A DNA stretch of 55,164 nt from an uncultured delta proteobacterium (GTDB lineage: Bacteria; Desulfobacterota; Desulfobacteria; Desulfobacterales; JAFDCJ01), in NCBI GenBank assembly GCA_963769935.1, contig CAVYNY010000005.1, forward strand, positions 1 through 55,164, in the 5' to 3' direction. This document shows, piece by piece, positions 40,601-48,774 of this stretch. A program made the translations under genes and the position numbers. Within the stretch, counting starts at the first letter, position 1. Every line of letters begins with the position of its first letter. The notes under the pieces were generated by a model. That model was not told the DNA's origin. It worked only from the letters and a program-made list of their open reading frames with translations, and made no database searches.

Positions 40601-42926
40601 AGTCATCGACATGTCCCTGGACCTCACCATCGGGGTGGCCGGGCACATCTCCCGCAGCACCCCCACGGTGCTGGCCAATGTGATGTACAGCGGCAACATG
40701 GAGACCCCGGCCGCGGACTGGAGCTGGGGCGAACTGCGCGGACACCTGCTGAACACCCGCATCTATGACCCGACCGATCCCAGCCAAACCAGCACCAAGG
40801 AGCTGTGGGACGCCGGCGATGTGTTAAAAAACCAGATGCAGCCCGGCGATCGCAAAATCTACATCCCGGATGTGACCGTGCAGGCCGTGGATGCCGGCAG
40901 TGCCGAACAGCTGGCAACCGGCGACGGGGTCACCACCGCCTTCAGCGGCCGGCTGGCGCATTATCCCCTGCTGGCCACCACCGTGCGGCTCAGCGACCAG
41001 CATGAGACCTTCTCCGACAAGCACACCGACGTGCTCACCGGCAGTCTGGGCGGCAGCGGCTGGATCAACCGCTTTACCGGCGAGTACCGCATCACCTTCA
41101 ACGATGCCCCCACTGCGGGTCAGCCCGTGACGGCCACTTACAGCTATTTTACCTACAACACGGGCGGCACGCTGCGCGAATTCAAGGAGGGTCTGGTGTC
41201 GGCCGCCGAGCTGGGTCTGGACAACGAAACCGTTGTGCCCAGCGGCTACGTGTATGATTTCAACAACGACGATGCCTTCAGCGCGGCCGATGCCAACTGG
41301 CTGGTCGACTGGACCCGCGGGTATAGAGACGGCAGCAGCAAGGCCGTCGAAAAAGAATGGATCCTGGGGGCCATCGACCACTCGGTGGCGGCGGCGGCCA
41401 CCCCGCCCGCGTCCTCGCCCTGGTACTACGGCACGGCCTTTCCCGAGGATGCGCTCAACACCGCCAACGACCGCAAGGGCTACCGCGCTTTCCGCGACGC
41501 CCAGATCAACCGACGCACCGTGGTCTACGTCGGGGCGCGCGACGGCATGCTGCATGCCTTCGATGCCGGCGTGTTTAGCTGGATCGACACCAACAATGAC
41601 ACTGCCGTGGACGAAGCCCGCGGCCTGTTTGCCTGGGATGATCTGTCCGGCACGGGGGTGACCTATTGCGACGACATCACCCACTGTCCCGACTACGGCA
41701 CCGGCAAGGAGCTGTGGGCCTTTATCCCGGCCAACCTGCTGCCGCGACTTAAAAACAACTACCTGCAGGGCGACGACCAGGCCTACGTGGACGCCTCCCC
41801 GGCCCTGGCCGACGTGTACGTCAACGGCGCCTGGCGCACCGTGCTGCTGTCCGCCGAAGGCAACGGCGGCGACACCATCTTCTGCCTGGATGTCACCGAC
41901 CCCTACACCCCCAAGTTCATGTGGGAGTTTGCCGACCCGGACCTGTTCCGGTCGCGCTCCTCACCCTCGGTGGCCCAGATCGGCCGGATCTATTATAACG
42001 GCACCACCAAATGGGTGGCTTTCTTCGTGTCCGGTAAAACCTACGACGACACCCTGTATCCGTCCATTTACCTCATCGACATCGCCGACGGCAGCGTGGT
42101 GGAGCGCGTTTTTCTGGATGCCGAACCGGCCGGGGCCGGCGGCATCTTAAGCGGCCAGCCCACCATCGTGGATTCGGACGGCAACGGCTATGTGGACCGG
42201 CTCTATATCGGCTCCGACAAGGGACGGCTGTACAAAGTCAACCTGCCCGACGACCCGGATACGGTCAAATACGGCATCAACCACTGTGTGGTCAACACGG
42301 ATTTTACCGACCGCGACGTCAACGAAGTGCCCACCGCATGGCACTACCAGCCCATCTATGGTTCACCGTCGGTGGTCGCCGGCAACAGCGTGGATCTTTA
42401 CGGCCATATGACCTATGACATCCGCATCTTCTTTGGTACCGGCGACAGCCCCTACTACGATGAGGACGTCAACTTTGCAGACACGCGCTATTTCTTCTAC
42501 GCCTACCGCGACACCACCGCCAAGGGGACCTGCGACAGCAGCCAGGTGGCGCTGGACTGGTTTTTCCAACTGCCCGAAGGCCACCGCATCTATGCCTCGG
42601 CCTTTGCCGCAGCGGGCAACATCTACTTCGGCACCTCCACCGGGGAAACCGAAGACCCCTGCGACACGACCGCCAATGCCAACAGCAGCTTCGACCCCAA
42701 TGCGGGCAAACTGTTTGTCTTCAACATGGACAACCCCAACGATCTGCCGCTGTTTGAAAAAACCGTGGGCAACATCCTGGCCGCACCGCTGGTCGAAGAC
42801 AAACACATCTACGTGCAGTCGGTCGGCGGTGACATCGACTCCTTCGGCTCCGGTCAATATAATTCCAGAACCCGCCAGGGCGGCATCCCCAAAATCGAAA
42901 TCCACTGGTGGCGGGAAATGTTCTAA
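34689..42926 (+). CDS. pilY1: Giant PilY1/PilC type IV pilus tip adhesin (~2745 aa): 3x[DUF2341-LamG + InlB-B-like repeat], DUF4114-like, C-terminal PilC beta-propeller
   Basis: VYVGARDGMLHAFDA, GKELWAFIP, Ca-binding DSDGNGYVD, FFGTG; adjacent minor pilins. Start moved from 34527 to 34689, which lies downstream of the sigma54 site and has a GGGGA RBS. Confidence 0.9.
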   Translation: MGNPNKTNRNTEYSNHLKISAVGLHGRKSDVGCQSLLRIMLVFWLAAGFCLAAGQNAVAVPTQLGSTVAVNGITLHGNTLSNFTISSGSDRILIVTVDDEEPTHVTSVMMGSVAMTYVGGQIAEPGGTGNTTSMWVILDEDLPPDGAYDIVVTGGDKPSVAAMLWSGLRQDVPAGSAIAGTGQVGGNQITTSVVAPEADSLVVGTSGHGANDGWATAPSGWTRQWDVEPNSAHHAGATRIPAVAGSISLTETCGGTGDFNRAAQFVAAFAPALSGPPGCPTCGFHRAITIPPASLSDNCGADVANFPVLISIANDNNLKLATNKVQSSSGYDIAFTDSSGNALYHDLELYDGTLGTVVAWVKVPTLASSADTVIYMVYGDSSVSTPTAVPQGVWASGYRGVWHMKESPGGSNDIQDSTSNANHGTSHNMFGNRTSGKIGYGLDFDGTSDYIVVPDAASLDAPAELTLEAWVKLANAGNDQKIVGKTDLPQYGPLLGALGGLRPEFWNSSHTNYSFNSGTISSNQWAHLAVTWKTNGNMIGYINGNQVNSISAGSNNLGTNDSSLIIGAAPWAPDTLEVDGVLDEIRISSAVRDACWIGTEYNNQNNPGTFYNLGTEEQLGDHTITATADENGLISPNGQVSVVDGADQTFTVTPDPGYQVSEVLTEDGAVTLTNGQYTFSNVSDDHTIYVTFNMVEGEFDWSQGSFDYRKQVSISADMLPDSSCPSSLANYPVLIKIENDSDLKAHVQNSAGYDIVFKLGDGTPLNYEVEDYDAATGSLVAWVRIPTLSNTTDTNIYMYYGNTSVSSAQGGSTWVWDFANYEGVWHLNESPGDNVAAGHKDSTSNANHGTAMDFHDGGGGSTAVAGLTAGADRFVDDQNDRVVVADDDTLTLASDFTLETWVKFDSISTDQHLLYKQHSSSPYFSYFLYVMGDHQPALLWNNNSSQQTTLTLSTAVDTGHWYYLVAVKDAGSLRIYLRGNGAQGSNSTSVTGATYDANTTLNIGGQWSGGTGLDGLMDEVRISSVPRTVCWIDTSYNNMSSPHTYITVGGEEGQGDTYTITSSAGSGGSITPLGTVTVAEGADKTYTVSAASGYQVDEVLTDEGAVTLTNGQYTFANVTGPHTITVTFVSVAGDYGWDGAGSFLFRRPLVIDHTKLGGSCGADVSNFPVLVHTGGDDNLKSPSPGHVANQSGYDIIFKDADGVLLAHEIESYNNLTGALTAWVRVPGISRSADTTIYMYYGNSLIDSPTENPSGVWDANYKGVWHFDENALNGTTGEVKDSTSNAKNGTSHSMTAANLITTGPIGPGYNFILGGHDYLDVPDDDGDLAPANLTVETWIQINAGWGYNDKILKKKVNWNDTTGWFFELKNQSQDPDINFMGSGGTNSNLKVGWTQGSWHHLVFTVVDNGTNATVTPWLDGTKLSSEAAAIDDIEPNSGVRLEIAYDEGGYVPVALDDLKISDTVRSDCWIETEYSNQNDPSAFISLGGEEAQGATYTITASAGANGSISPAGAVTVAEGGSKTFSLVADDGYQVDTLAIGGAAAQSYAGAQYLFTNVTANTSIAVTFKAVVAEPPPEPDVPPGCSKNVAYDYSGGFDTENLTVVNADVDDDGYVTLNTGNQAIDPENIVIPFRQEVAVYFFYEGAGYNESDFGWMLASGGSDGTNHEVYQEINDNNDNGVLDISKSSTANRYGDVNGDGVVNALDNRQVLGTFDAGTELVFYLKVNNENKTYYSKTAWNPDTYAGLCDFADWSTKKYWLGLENNSEGVCNVESNWMTASAIARAGTLFGLAFAADDTSSLQIKNGEKFSHVIVGAPASRPNAWVLGWEDYYRGLDTDHNDMVFIIERETGGTVQLKPEAAIKPSGDDDNINGVTIGVWDFMPCPGETDITYYLSIDAGAHWVEVTGWDEVYEYTMVGDGRKFLGDAVTNWTPGIPNYTYRTRRVDFAGLGLSGKELIWRADLKSQQEGCEPKVIDMSLDLTIGVAGHISRSTPTVLANVMYSGNMETPAADWSWGELRGHLLNTRIYDPTDPSQTSTKELWDAGDVLKNQMQPGDRKIYIPDVTVQAVDAGSAEQLATGDGVTTAFSGRLAHYPLLATTVRLSDQHETFSDKHTDVLTGSLGGSGWINRFTGEYRITFNDAPTAGQPVTATYSYFTYNTGGTLREFKEGLVSAAELGLDNETVVPSGYVYDFNNDDAFSAADANWLVDWTRGYRDGSSKAVEKEWILGAIDHSVAAAATPPASSPWYYGTAFPEDALNTANDRKGYRAFRDAQINRRTVVYVGARDGMLHAFDAGVFSWIDTNNDTAVDEARGLFAWDDLSGTGVTYCDDITHCPDYGTGKELWAFIPANLLPRLKNNYLQGDDQAYVDASPALADVYVNGAWRTVLLSAEGNGGDTIFCLDVTDPYTPKFMWEFADPDLFRSRSSPSVAQIGRIYYNGTTKWVAFFVSGKTYDDTLYPSIYLIDIADGSVVERVFLDAEPAGAGGILSGQPTIVDSDGNGYVDRLYIGSDKGRLYKVNLPDDPDTVKYGINHCVVNTDFTDRDVNEVPTAWHYQPIYGSPSVVAGNSVDLYGHMTYDIRIFFGTGDSPYYDEDVNFADTRYFFYAYRDTTAKGTCDSSQVALDWFFQLPEGHRIYASAFAAAGNIYFGTSTGETEDPCDTTANANSSFDPNAGKLFVFNMDNPNDLPLFEKTVGNILAAPLVEDKHIYVQSVGGDIDSFGSGQYNSRTRQGGIPKIEIHWWREMF

Positions 42927-42929
42927 GAA

Positions 42930-42974
42930 TCGGCGATGCGCCGGCCGGCTAACCACCGGCCGGCGCATCGCCGA
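42930..42974 (+). terminator. Perfect 19-bp GC-rich hairpin directly after pilY1 (no U tract; terminator or mRNA stabiliser)
   Basis: TCGGCGATGCGCCGGCCGG-CTAACCA-CCGGCCGGCGCATCGCCGA. Confidence 0.7.
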
Positions 42975-43119
42975 CGTAAGTTGGATGTTGTAGGTTGGAT
43001 GTTGGGGAATAAAAGGAGAATAATTGAAAAAGGCTACAGTCAAAACCATTGAGTATAAATTCAGGGAAATCAGCATCATATAATCTTGAACCTTAAACCC
43101 TAAACCTATCACTTTGCAT

Positions 43120-43147
43120 TAAAGCTTATTTATGATCGTGCCGATAA
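43120..43147 (+). promoter_or_regulatory. Sigma28-like promoter of the minor pilin operon
   Basis: TAAAG...GCCGATAA with a 16-nt spacer (one longer than consensus). Confidence 0.5.
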
Positions 43148-43221
43148 ACGTAGTACAGGCGTATTTGGCAAAATTCGGTTCGAAAAAAAAAGAATATTTC
43201 AAATGCCGGGAGATGAAACTC

Positions 43222-43704
43222 ATGCAAAAACAAACAGGCTTTAGCCTGATGGAGCTGATGGTTGTGATCGCTATCTTTGCCATTTTGCTATCCATTGCCA
43301 TTCCAAACTTTATCGGCAAGATGCCTGCTAGGAGGCTGGAGAGTGCTGCTGGTGAAGTCAACGCTGCACTCCAAAGAGCAAGACTGGCTGCGGTCAAAGA
43401 AAATACCTGCGTGGTTATTGAATTTAGCAGCAGCAGCGACAATTACCGAATATACACCGATAACGGGGGCGCTAACCCGGACAACGCCTGTAATAAAACG
43501 CAGGATGCAAATGAACCAACCATTAAAGCCCGAAATTTACCGGCCGGTGTTGATTTGATATCCGCCACCCCCCAAAGTATCATCAGGTTTGACGGCCGAG
43601 GATTTCCCGACAGCAGTGCAATCATTTCGCTAAAAAATGCAGCGGGTCCGACCTGGACGGTTACACTCAATGTTACCGGCAGTTCCCGAATAAACAGAGG
43701 CTGA
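43222..43704 (+). CDS. fimT: FimT/FimU (GspH-like) minor pilin (start corrected from 43132)
   Basis: Class III signal G|FSLMELMVVIAI; LQRARLAAV; IRFDGRG. Confidence 0.88.
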   Translation: MQKQTGFSLMELMVVIAIFAILLSIAIPNFIGKMPARRLESAAGEVNAALQRARLAAVKENTCVVIEFSSSSDNYRIYTDNGGANPDNACNKTQDANEPTIKARNLPAGVDLISATPQSIIRFDGRGFPDSSAIISLKNAAGPTWTVTLNVTGSSRINRG

Positions 43705-43709
43705 TTCAG

Positions 43710-44645
43710 ATGAATTCAAGTAAAAGAAATGCAAGCGGTTTCACACTCATCGAATTGATGGTTGCCATGGCGATCAGCGTCATCGTGATGGCGGCTATCT
43801 ATCAGGTGTACCAATCACAGCAGAAGGCATATTTCACCCAGCAGATGGTGATTGAAATGCAGCAGAATGCCCGATCAGCCATTTCGTTGATGAAAAGGGA
43901 GATTCGAATGGCCGGTTTTAAGCCGGCGGCCTCCGATGGTATTGACAATGATATGCCGCCGGATGGCAGCATTGACGAAAACGATCCCGATGAAAACGGC
44001 AGAAAGTGCGGTCAGGAAATTGGTATTGTGGAGGCCCGCAAGGATCGGGTAACGTTTCGAATGGATATCCTGCCGAATGATCCAGCCAAGTGCTCGGACG
44101 GGGTTGATGACCCACCTGTTTTTGGTCTCATTGATGATGCCGCCGAGTGTTATGACGGACTGCCCGATGACCCGGGCGAACAGATAACCTATGCGCTTCA
44201 ACCGAACGCTGCGGGAGACGGCAAAGACTTGGTGCGGATCACCAGCACTGGAACCAATATTCTGGCCTATGACATCGAAGCCATCGCTTTTGGTTATGCA
44301 TTTGATTTAGATGAGGATGGGGTTCTTGATACGGATACCGGACTGCCGGATGGGAATGTCATCTGGGCTTATGACAGCGGAACAGGGGATCTCGATAAAG
44401 ATGCGCAGACAGGTGCGGATTTGACGGATACTGTTCCGGTTATATCCGCCTCCCCGGACTGTGTCCCTTCAATCGGCGCCGTCAAAATATGGCTCCTGGC
44501 CCGGACTCCCCATCCCATGAGAGACGAAGTGGATACACATACCTACCAGGTCGGAGATCAAACACTCGATCCCGGGGCCTACAATCCCGGATACCGACGC
44601 ACGCTTCAGGCCGCGACCGTGTATTGCCGCAATTTGAGATTTTAG
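43710..44645 (+). CDS. pilW: PilW minor pilin
   Basis: G|FTLIELMVAMAI; MQQNARSAISLMKREIRMAG; C-terminal RN. Confidence 0.88.
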   Translation: MNSSKRNASGFTLIELMVAMAISVIVMAAIYQVYQSQQKAYFTQQMVIEMQQNARSAISLMKREIRMAGFKPAASDGIDNDMPPDGSIDENDPDENGRKCGQEIGIVEARKDRVTFRMDILPNDPAKCSDGVDDPPVFGLIDDAAECYDGLPDDPGEQITYALQPNAAGDGKDLVRITSTGTNILAYDIEAIAFGYAFDLDEDGVLDTDTGLPDGNVIWAYDSGTGDLDKDAQTGADLTDTVPVISASPDCVPSIGAVKIWLLARTPHPMRDEVDTHTYQVGDQTLDPGAYNPGYRRTLQAATVYCRNLRF

Positions 44646-44654
44646 GGGGAAAAA

Positions 44655-45068
44655 ATGACTTTACCATGTCGGATGAAATCGACTGAAAAAGACAGCATGG
44701 CAGCCTGCGGGGGGTTTACCCTCATAGAGGTTTTGATTGCCATCGCAATTTTTTCAATTGGAATCCTTGCGATCGCCACTTTGCAGATTAAATCCATCAA
44801 TGCGAATTCGGCTGCCAGAATGCAAAGCGAGGCCACGACCGCGGCCGTGGACTGTATGGAAAGACTGATGAGCCTGCCCTACGAGAACCCGGAACTGGAT
44901 GAAAGTGCCGGCATCCAGCAAAACCAGGTCGGACCCTATACAGTTTTCTGGAAGGTGCAGGATGAAGCCCCTATCAGCTGGTGTAAAACGATTTCGGTTT
45001 GGGTAACCGCGAATAATCCGAATGCCAGAACAGTCAGAATTAATTTTATCAGAGGCCCGGAATGGTAA
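44655..45068 (+). CDS. pilV: PilV minor pilin
   Basis: G|FTLIEVLIAIAIFSIGILAIATLQ; MERL. Confidence 0.87.
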   Translation: MTLPCRMKSTEKDSMAACGGFTLIEVLIAIAIFSIGILAIATLQIKSINANSAARMQSEATTAAVDCMERLMSLPYENPELDESAGIQQNQVGPYTVFWKVQDEAPISWCKTISVWVTANNPNARTVRINFIRGPEW

Positions 45069-45130
45069 TTGGCAGAGAATGAAGGTTGTCGAACGACGAA
45101 TGAAGAATTTCGAAGGAAGGAATTCTATCG

Positions 45131-45760
45131 ATGCAAAAAATAAAATATCTTCTCAAAAATGAAAACGGTTCAGTTATGATTGCCGCCATTATGATTCTGG
45201 CTTTGTTGACGATTATCGGCATTGCGGCGACAAATACCAGCACAACCGAGCAGCACCTTGCCGTCAACAACCTGCTCTATGAAAGGGCTTTTTATGCTGC
45301 CGAGGCCGGTTTTGAGCATGCCAAGGGTGTTCTCAAAGTTCCGTATAATGAACAGAACCAGTCCAACATTGCAATGGGCAACCCCGGCAACTGGAGCTTT
45401 GTGTTAAACCAAAGCGGGGTCATCGCAGGGCTTGAGAAGGCCACGGACTGCAACTTTGATGGCGGCGTAGAGTTGCTGGCTGGCCAATTGGATGGCATTT
45501 CATATACCGTCAACGTCTGGAACAATTACGATGGTGGTGGCACAACCTGCACCCCCGAGGTAGACAATGATGGGAGAATAATGGTCAGAACGGTTGCTGT
45601 GGGGCCCCGCGGGTCCATCTGCGCCATCGAATCACTCATCGAGGGTACTACCGACAGCGGCGGCATGGACGGCTACAAGGCGCAGGCTGGTGCCGGCGCC
45701 GGCAAAAGTTACCGCAGCAACGACCTGGAAACCATAACCGATTTCACCGAGCAGATGTAA
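45131..45760 (+). CDS. pilX: PilX minor pilin
   Basis: NENG|SVMI (no Glu+5); AFYAAEAG. Confidence 0.88.
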   Translation: MQKIKYLLKNENGSVMIAAIMILALLTIIGIAATNTSTTEQHLAVNNLLYERAFYAAEAGFEHAKGVLKVPYNEQNQSNIAMGNPGNWSFVLNQSGVIAGLEKATDCNFDGGVELLAGQLDGISYTVNVWNNYDGGGTTCTPEVDNDGRIMVRTVAVGPRGSICAIESLIEGTTDSGGMDGYKAQAGAGAGKSYRSNDLETITDFTEQM

Positions 45761-45849
45761 TAAGTCCAAGGCACATGGCGCATAGGCTCAAGGCACAGGG
45801 CTAAAAAGGGATTGATTTTTCATTTTCGAAATCATTTCTCTGTAGATAA

Positions 45850-46020
45850 CGCATTGATTCATCGAGAACTTGCACCAACTCTTCAGAACCTTCCCGACCG
45901 CCGGATAGACTGGATATACCGCCTGCAGGTCCAGCCTTCTTAAGCCGATCCAAGATTTTCAAGATCCTGCGGGCGTACCAGGGCAGCTACTGGCTTTCCA
46001 TGTCGCTTTATAAGTATCGA
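45850..46020 (-). pseudogene. Frameshifted, 5'-truncated Phd/YefM-family antitoxin remnant
   Basis: SILIKRHGKPVAALVRPQDLENL, then a frameshift to DRLKKAGPAGGISSLSGGREGSEELVQVLDES. Not in the ORF track. Confidence 0.7.
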
Positions 46021-46124
46021 ACAAACCCTAGTCCTAAAAAATTGATGATTTCGCAACTATTGTTGTTTTTGATTGATACATGATAAAGTCAGATGGCCTA
46101 AAAGTCTCAAGTTGCGATTTCGCC

Positions 46125-46280
46125 CCAACTGGAATACCGGAAGGCGCCCCTTTCGAACATTATGGGAAAATTCACAGCAAGGATGCCATTCAATATGCCA
46201 GTGAGATCCTTGATTTCGTCCGTATTCAAATGGCCGGATCAAAAGACAGTGGACCAGGCGGTAAGATCGTGGTCGATTGA
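46125..46280 (+). pseudogene. C-terminal remnant of a HEPN-domain gene
   Basis: PEGAPFEHYG...AIQYASEILDFVR overlapping the start of the downstream nucleotidyltransferase. Confidence 0.65.
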
Positions 46281-46578
46281 ACAGGGGCAACTCCGGCCTG
46301 AACTCAAGCGCCTCGGATATTTTGGCTCATATGCCCGGGGAGATTGGGGTGTAGGCAGTGATCTCGATTTGATTGCCGTGGTCGAGGACCCCCCCGAACC
46401 TTTCGAGCGCCGACTGCTGAATTGGAATTTTGATACTCTGCCGGTTCCCGCCGATATTCTTGTCTATACCTTGACGGAATGGAAGGAATTGCAAAAAAGA
46501 AATCATAAATTCAGCCGAATGCTGAAAAGTGAGGTTGTTTGGACGTATACCCGAAACAAAAGACAGACTAAAATCTAG
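46195..46578 (+). CDS. Minimal nucleotidyltransferase (MNT), orphaned from its HEPN partner
   Basis: MPVRSL..KWP; GYFGSYARGDWGVGSDLD. Confidence 0.85.
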   Translation: MPVRSLISSVFKWPDQKTVDQAVRSWSIEQGQLRPELKRLGYFGSYARGDWGVGSDLDLIAVVEDPPEPFERRLLNWNFDTLPVPADILVYTLTEWKELQKRNHKFSRMLKSEVVWTYTRNKRQTKI

Positions 46579-46634
46579 CAATAGTTCTAATACCCTACCT
46601 TCTTCTATGCTCAGATTTTTAGCCCCTTACCACA

Positions 46635-46663
46635 TTGACAAAATTGAATGAATAGAATATATT
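46635..46663 (+). promoter_or_regulatory. Sigma70-type promoter of the RHH-vapC pair
   Basis: TTGACA-N17-TATATT; GGAGGT RBS before 46704. Confidence 0.55.
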
Positions 46664-46703
46664 CCAATCATATAATTTACCAAATCAGGAGGTGGTATAA
46701 ACT

Positions 46704-46964
46704 ATGCCCTCTACAACCGTTCATTTACCTGACGCATTATTAACTAAAATTGACCAGGTAGTTAATGAAATTGGCATCAGTCGAAACCGTTTCATTATTC
46801 AAGCCTGTGAAGAAGCGTTGAGGAATAACGCCGGCCAATGGCCGCAAGATTTTTTCGAACCGGAACTGAGCCAGGCGGATTTACGATTGCTAAAGGAAGG
46901 CGTTGCTGAAATGGAAGTGGCAATTACCAAGATGCGAAAAAATAGATTGGATTTTAATCTATGA
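46704..46964 (+). CDS. CopG/RHH antitoxin
   Basis: TTVHLPDALL..ID......GISRNRFI..A; coupled to the PIN gene by an ATGA overlap. Confidence 0.85.
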   Translation: MPSTTVHLPDALLTKIDQVVNEIGISRNRFIIQACEEALRNNAGQWPQDFFEPELSQADLRLLKEGVAEMEVAITKMRKNRLDFNL

Positions 46965-47266
46965 GATATGTGTTGGATACCACCGCCTTCTCATCTGCCA
47001 TGAGGCGGGATTCGGCATTATTGACCCTTATTAAAGGCCATCGTCCAAACGACATTGTTACCGTTCCGCCTGTTATTGCAGAGATACACTATGGCATAAA
47101 AAGACTAAAACAGGCCTCAAAAAAGGTCCTTTTGTTGAAGGCAGAGAGAGATCGCCTCCTGTCTGTTATTATGATTTTGCCGTATCGAATAAAAAGCCAC
47201 CAATACCATTTCAAAATCCCTCTGCGGTCTCCGCCGTTTCCATTCAGGCCACCGATTACGCACTAA
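46961..47266 (+). pseudogene. 3'-truncated VapC (PIN) toxin
   Basis: MRYVLDT, VIAEIHYG; homology stops after ILP (~47182) and the C-terminal catalytic Asp region is absent. Confidence 0.75.
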
Positions 47267-47442
47267 GTCTGCCGCGTCGTAGCTGTATGCGAAGACGAGT
47301 CCTCAGTCTTATTTCTTTCCATACGCCTTGCGCCGAGAGCCGTAAGCCGATCCCCATGCCGTGCGCCGTGTGCCGTTTGCCTTTTATTAATTGCCTCAAA
47401 CCTCAAACCTTACACCTTATACCATTCTTTAATTTCCTGTTA

Positions 47443-47486
47443 CCGTGTGCCCAATGCCGAAGGCCGAATGCCTATTTCTGACCTTA
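47443..47486 (+). repeat. 44-bp heptad direct repeat, left of vapBC
   Basis: CCGTGTG CCCAATG CCGAAGG CCGAATG CCTATTT CTGACCTTA; 40/44 identical to 48469-48512. Confidence 0.9.
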
Positions 47487-47547
47487 CGCCAAATGCCTTA
47501 TCCACTTATTTCCGCTTGACCTATGGTCAAATGCTCTTCGCCCCGAG

Positions 47548-47946
47548 TCAAACCCAAACAATCTCAACGAAGTTTTCTACCTTTTTAAATTCTGGATCAC
47601 CTGTGACAATAGCGGCGGAAAATTGCAAGGCGGTTGCTACAGCGAAACAATCTGCAAAAGAAATTGGATGCTGTGCCTTTATTTCTGAGGCCTTCATAAT
47701 GATCTCACTGGAAGGTGCAATGATCTCAAAGGGCAATTGGGTCAGTTGCTCAATATAGCCCTTTGCTGATTCAAGCCCAATTTTGCGGATCGTCAGATAA
47801 TATACTTCACCCAGGTTGATTTCACTCATGTAGGCTTTTGTGCTGTCCGTTTCAGCTTTATGGAGAAGTCGTTCAACTATATCCGCTCCCTTTTCATCCT
47901 GTGAGTACTTCAAAATTGCATGTGAATCAAAGAGAATGCTTTTCAT
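47548..47946 (-). CDS. vapC: VapC (PIN) toxin
   Basis: LFDSHA, INLGEVYY, ISFADCF, VTGDPEF. Confidence 0.93.
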   Translation of the reverse strand: MKSILFDSHAILKYSQDEKGADIVERLLHKAETDSTKAYMSEINLGEVYYLTIRKIGLESAKGYIEQLTQLPFEIIAPSSEIIMKASEIKAQHPISFADCFAVATALQFSAAIVTGDPEFKKVENFVEIVWV

Positions 47947-48175
47947 CTATAATATTATCCTTTTTACGTTCCCGTAAAAGTGCTTTGGCCATAGATTTCC
48001 CACCTTTTAAGATTCCACGCATCTCTTTAATCGGGTCATCCGGCAGCGGTGTTATCTCTGCGTGATTTTCAATCACCCGAAACAGCAACCTCTTTCCTGG
48101 TGTAATACCAAGCTTCTCCCTGATATCTTTCGGAATGACAATCTGACCTTTTGACGACGTTTTTGCAATCGACAT
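47927..48175 (-). CDS. AbrB/MazE/SpoVT-type antitoxin
   Basis: SSKGQIVIPKDIREKLGI.PG; overlaps vapC. Confidence 0.93.
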   Translation of the reverse strand: MSIAKTSSKGQIVIPKDIREKLGITPGKRLLFRVIENHAEITPLPDDPIKEMRGILKGGKSMAKALLRERKKDNIIDEKHSL

Positions 48176-48468
48176 TTTTCTTACCTTTTATTAACATTTC
48201 TTACTTAGTTCATATATGTATAGCTAATAAAAATTTGTAGGTCAAGCTATAATTACTCAAATCCAAACTATTTGCTTTCTGCACTATGGGCCCTTCCTTT
48301 TCCGTAGTCCTTTTGCCTTGCGCCGCTCGCCGTGTTCCTTTCCATTCCCTCCCCCCAACCTAAAATCGCCTCAATCCCAGGGCCTGTCGAGGGGTAGCCT
48401 GAAAGCGAAGACAGACCCTTTGCACCTGACGGGCAGGCCTCTCGGCATCGCAGTTTCGAAGCAAAGGA

Positions 48469-48512
48469 CCGTGTGCCCAACGCCAAAGGCCGAAAGCCGA
48501 TTTCTGACCTTA
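48469..48512 (+). repeat. 44-bp heptad direct repeat, right of vapBC, followed by an ACACCTT/AAACCCT heptad array to ~48571
   Basis: CCGTGTG CCCAACG CCAAAGG CCGAAAG CCGATTT CTGACCTTA. Confidence 0.9.
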
Positions 48513-48581
48513 TACCCTATCCCTACACCTTAAACCCTACACCTTAAACCCTACACCTTAAACCATATACCTTTTTTCCCC

Positions 48582-48608
48582 TCAAGAATTCCTCTAATTT
48601 GCCGAAGA
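48582..48608 (+). promoter_or_regulatory. Sigma28-like promoter upstream of the C25 giant gene
   Basis: TCAA-N15-GCCGAAGA. Confidence 0.4.
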
Positions 48609-48774
48609 TAATATCAATAACCGTATTTTTAATGACTATAAAGCTGCATAATATAGCTTTCACCTGACAAATTTTGTCCGGTGATGCAGCAGGAATTGTC
48701 AGTTTTTTCCCAAGCTTATTTGCGTATTTCCAATAAACATAGTTATTCCATCGGGTTACTAAAATTCCCGTTTC

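Noticed and set aside
39048..41684. Long antisense ORFs (445 aa, 286 aa) opposite pilY1
   Set aside because: These are shadow frames of GC3-rich coding sequence with no recognisable motifs.
45770..48571. Integron cassette array
   Set aside because: No attC-type RYYYAAC...GTTRRRY pairs were seen, genes are on both strands, and the integrase at 1635 is tRNA-targeting without an evident IntI insertion.
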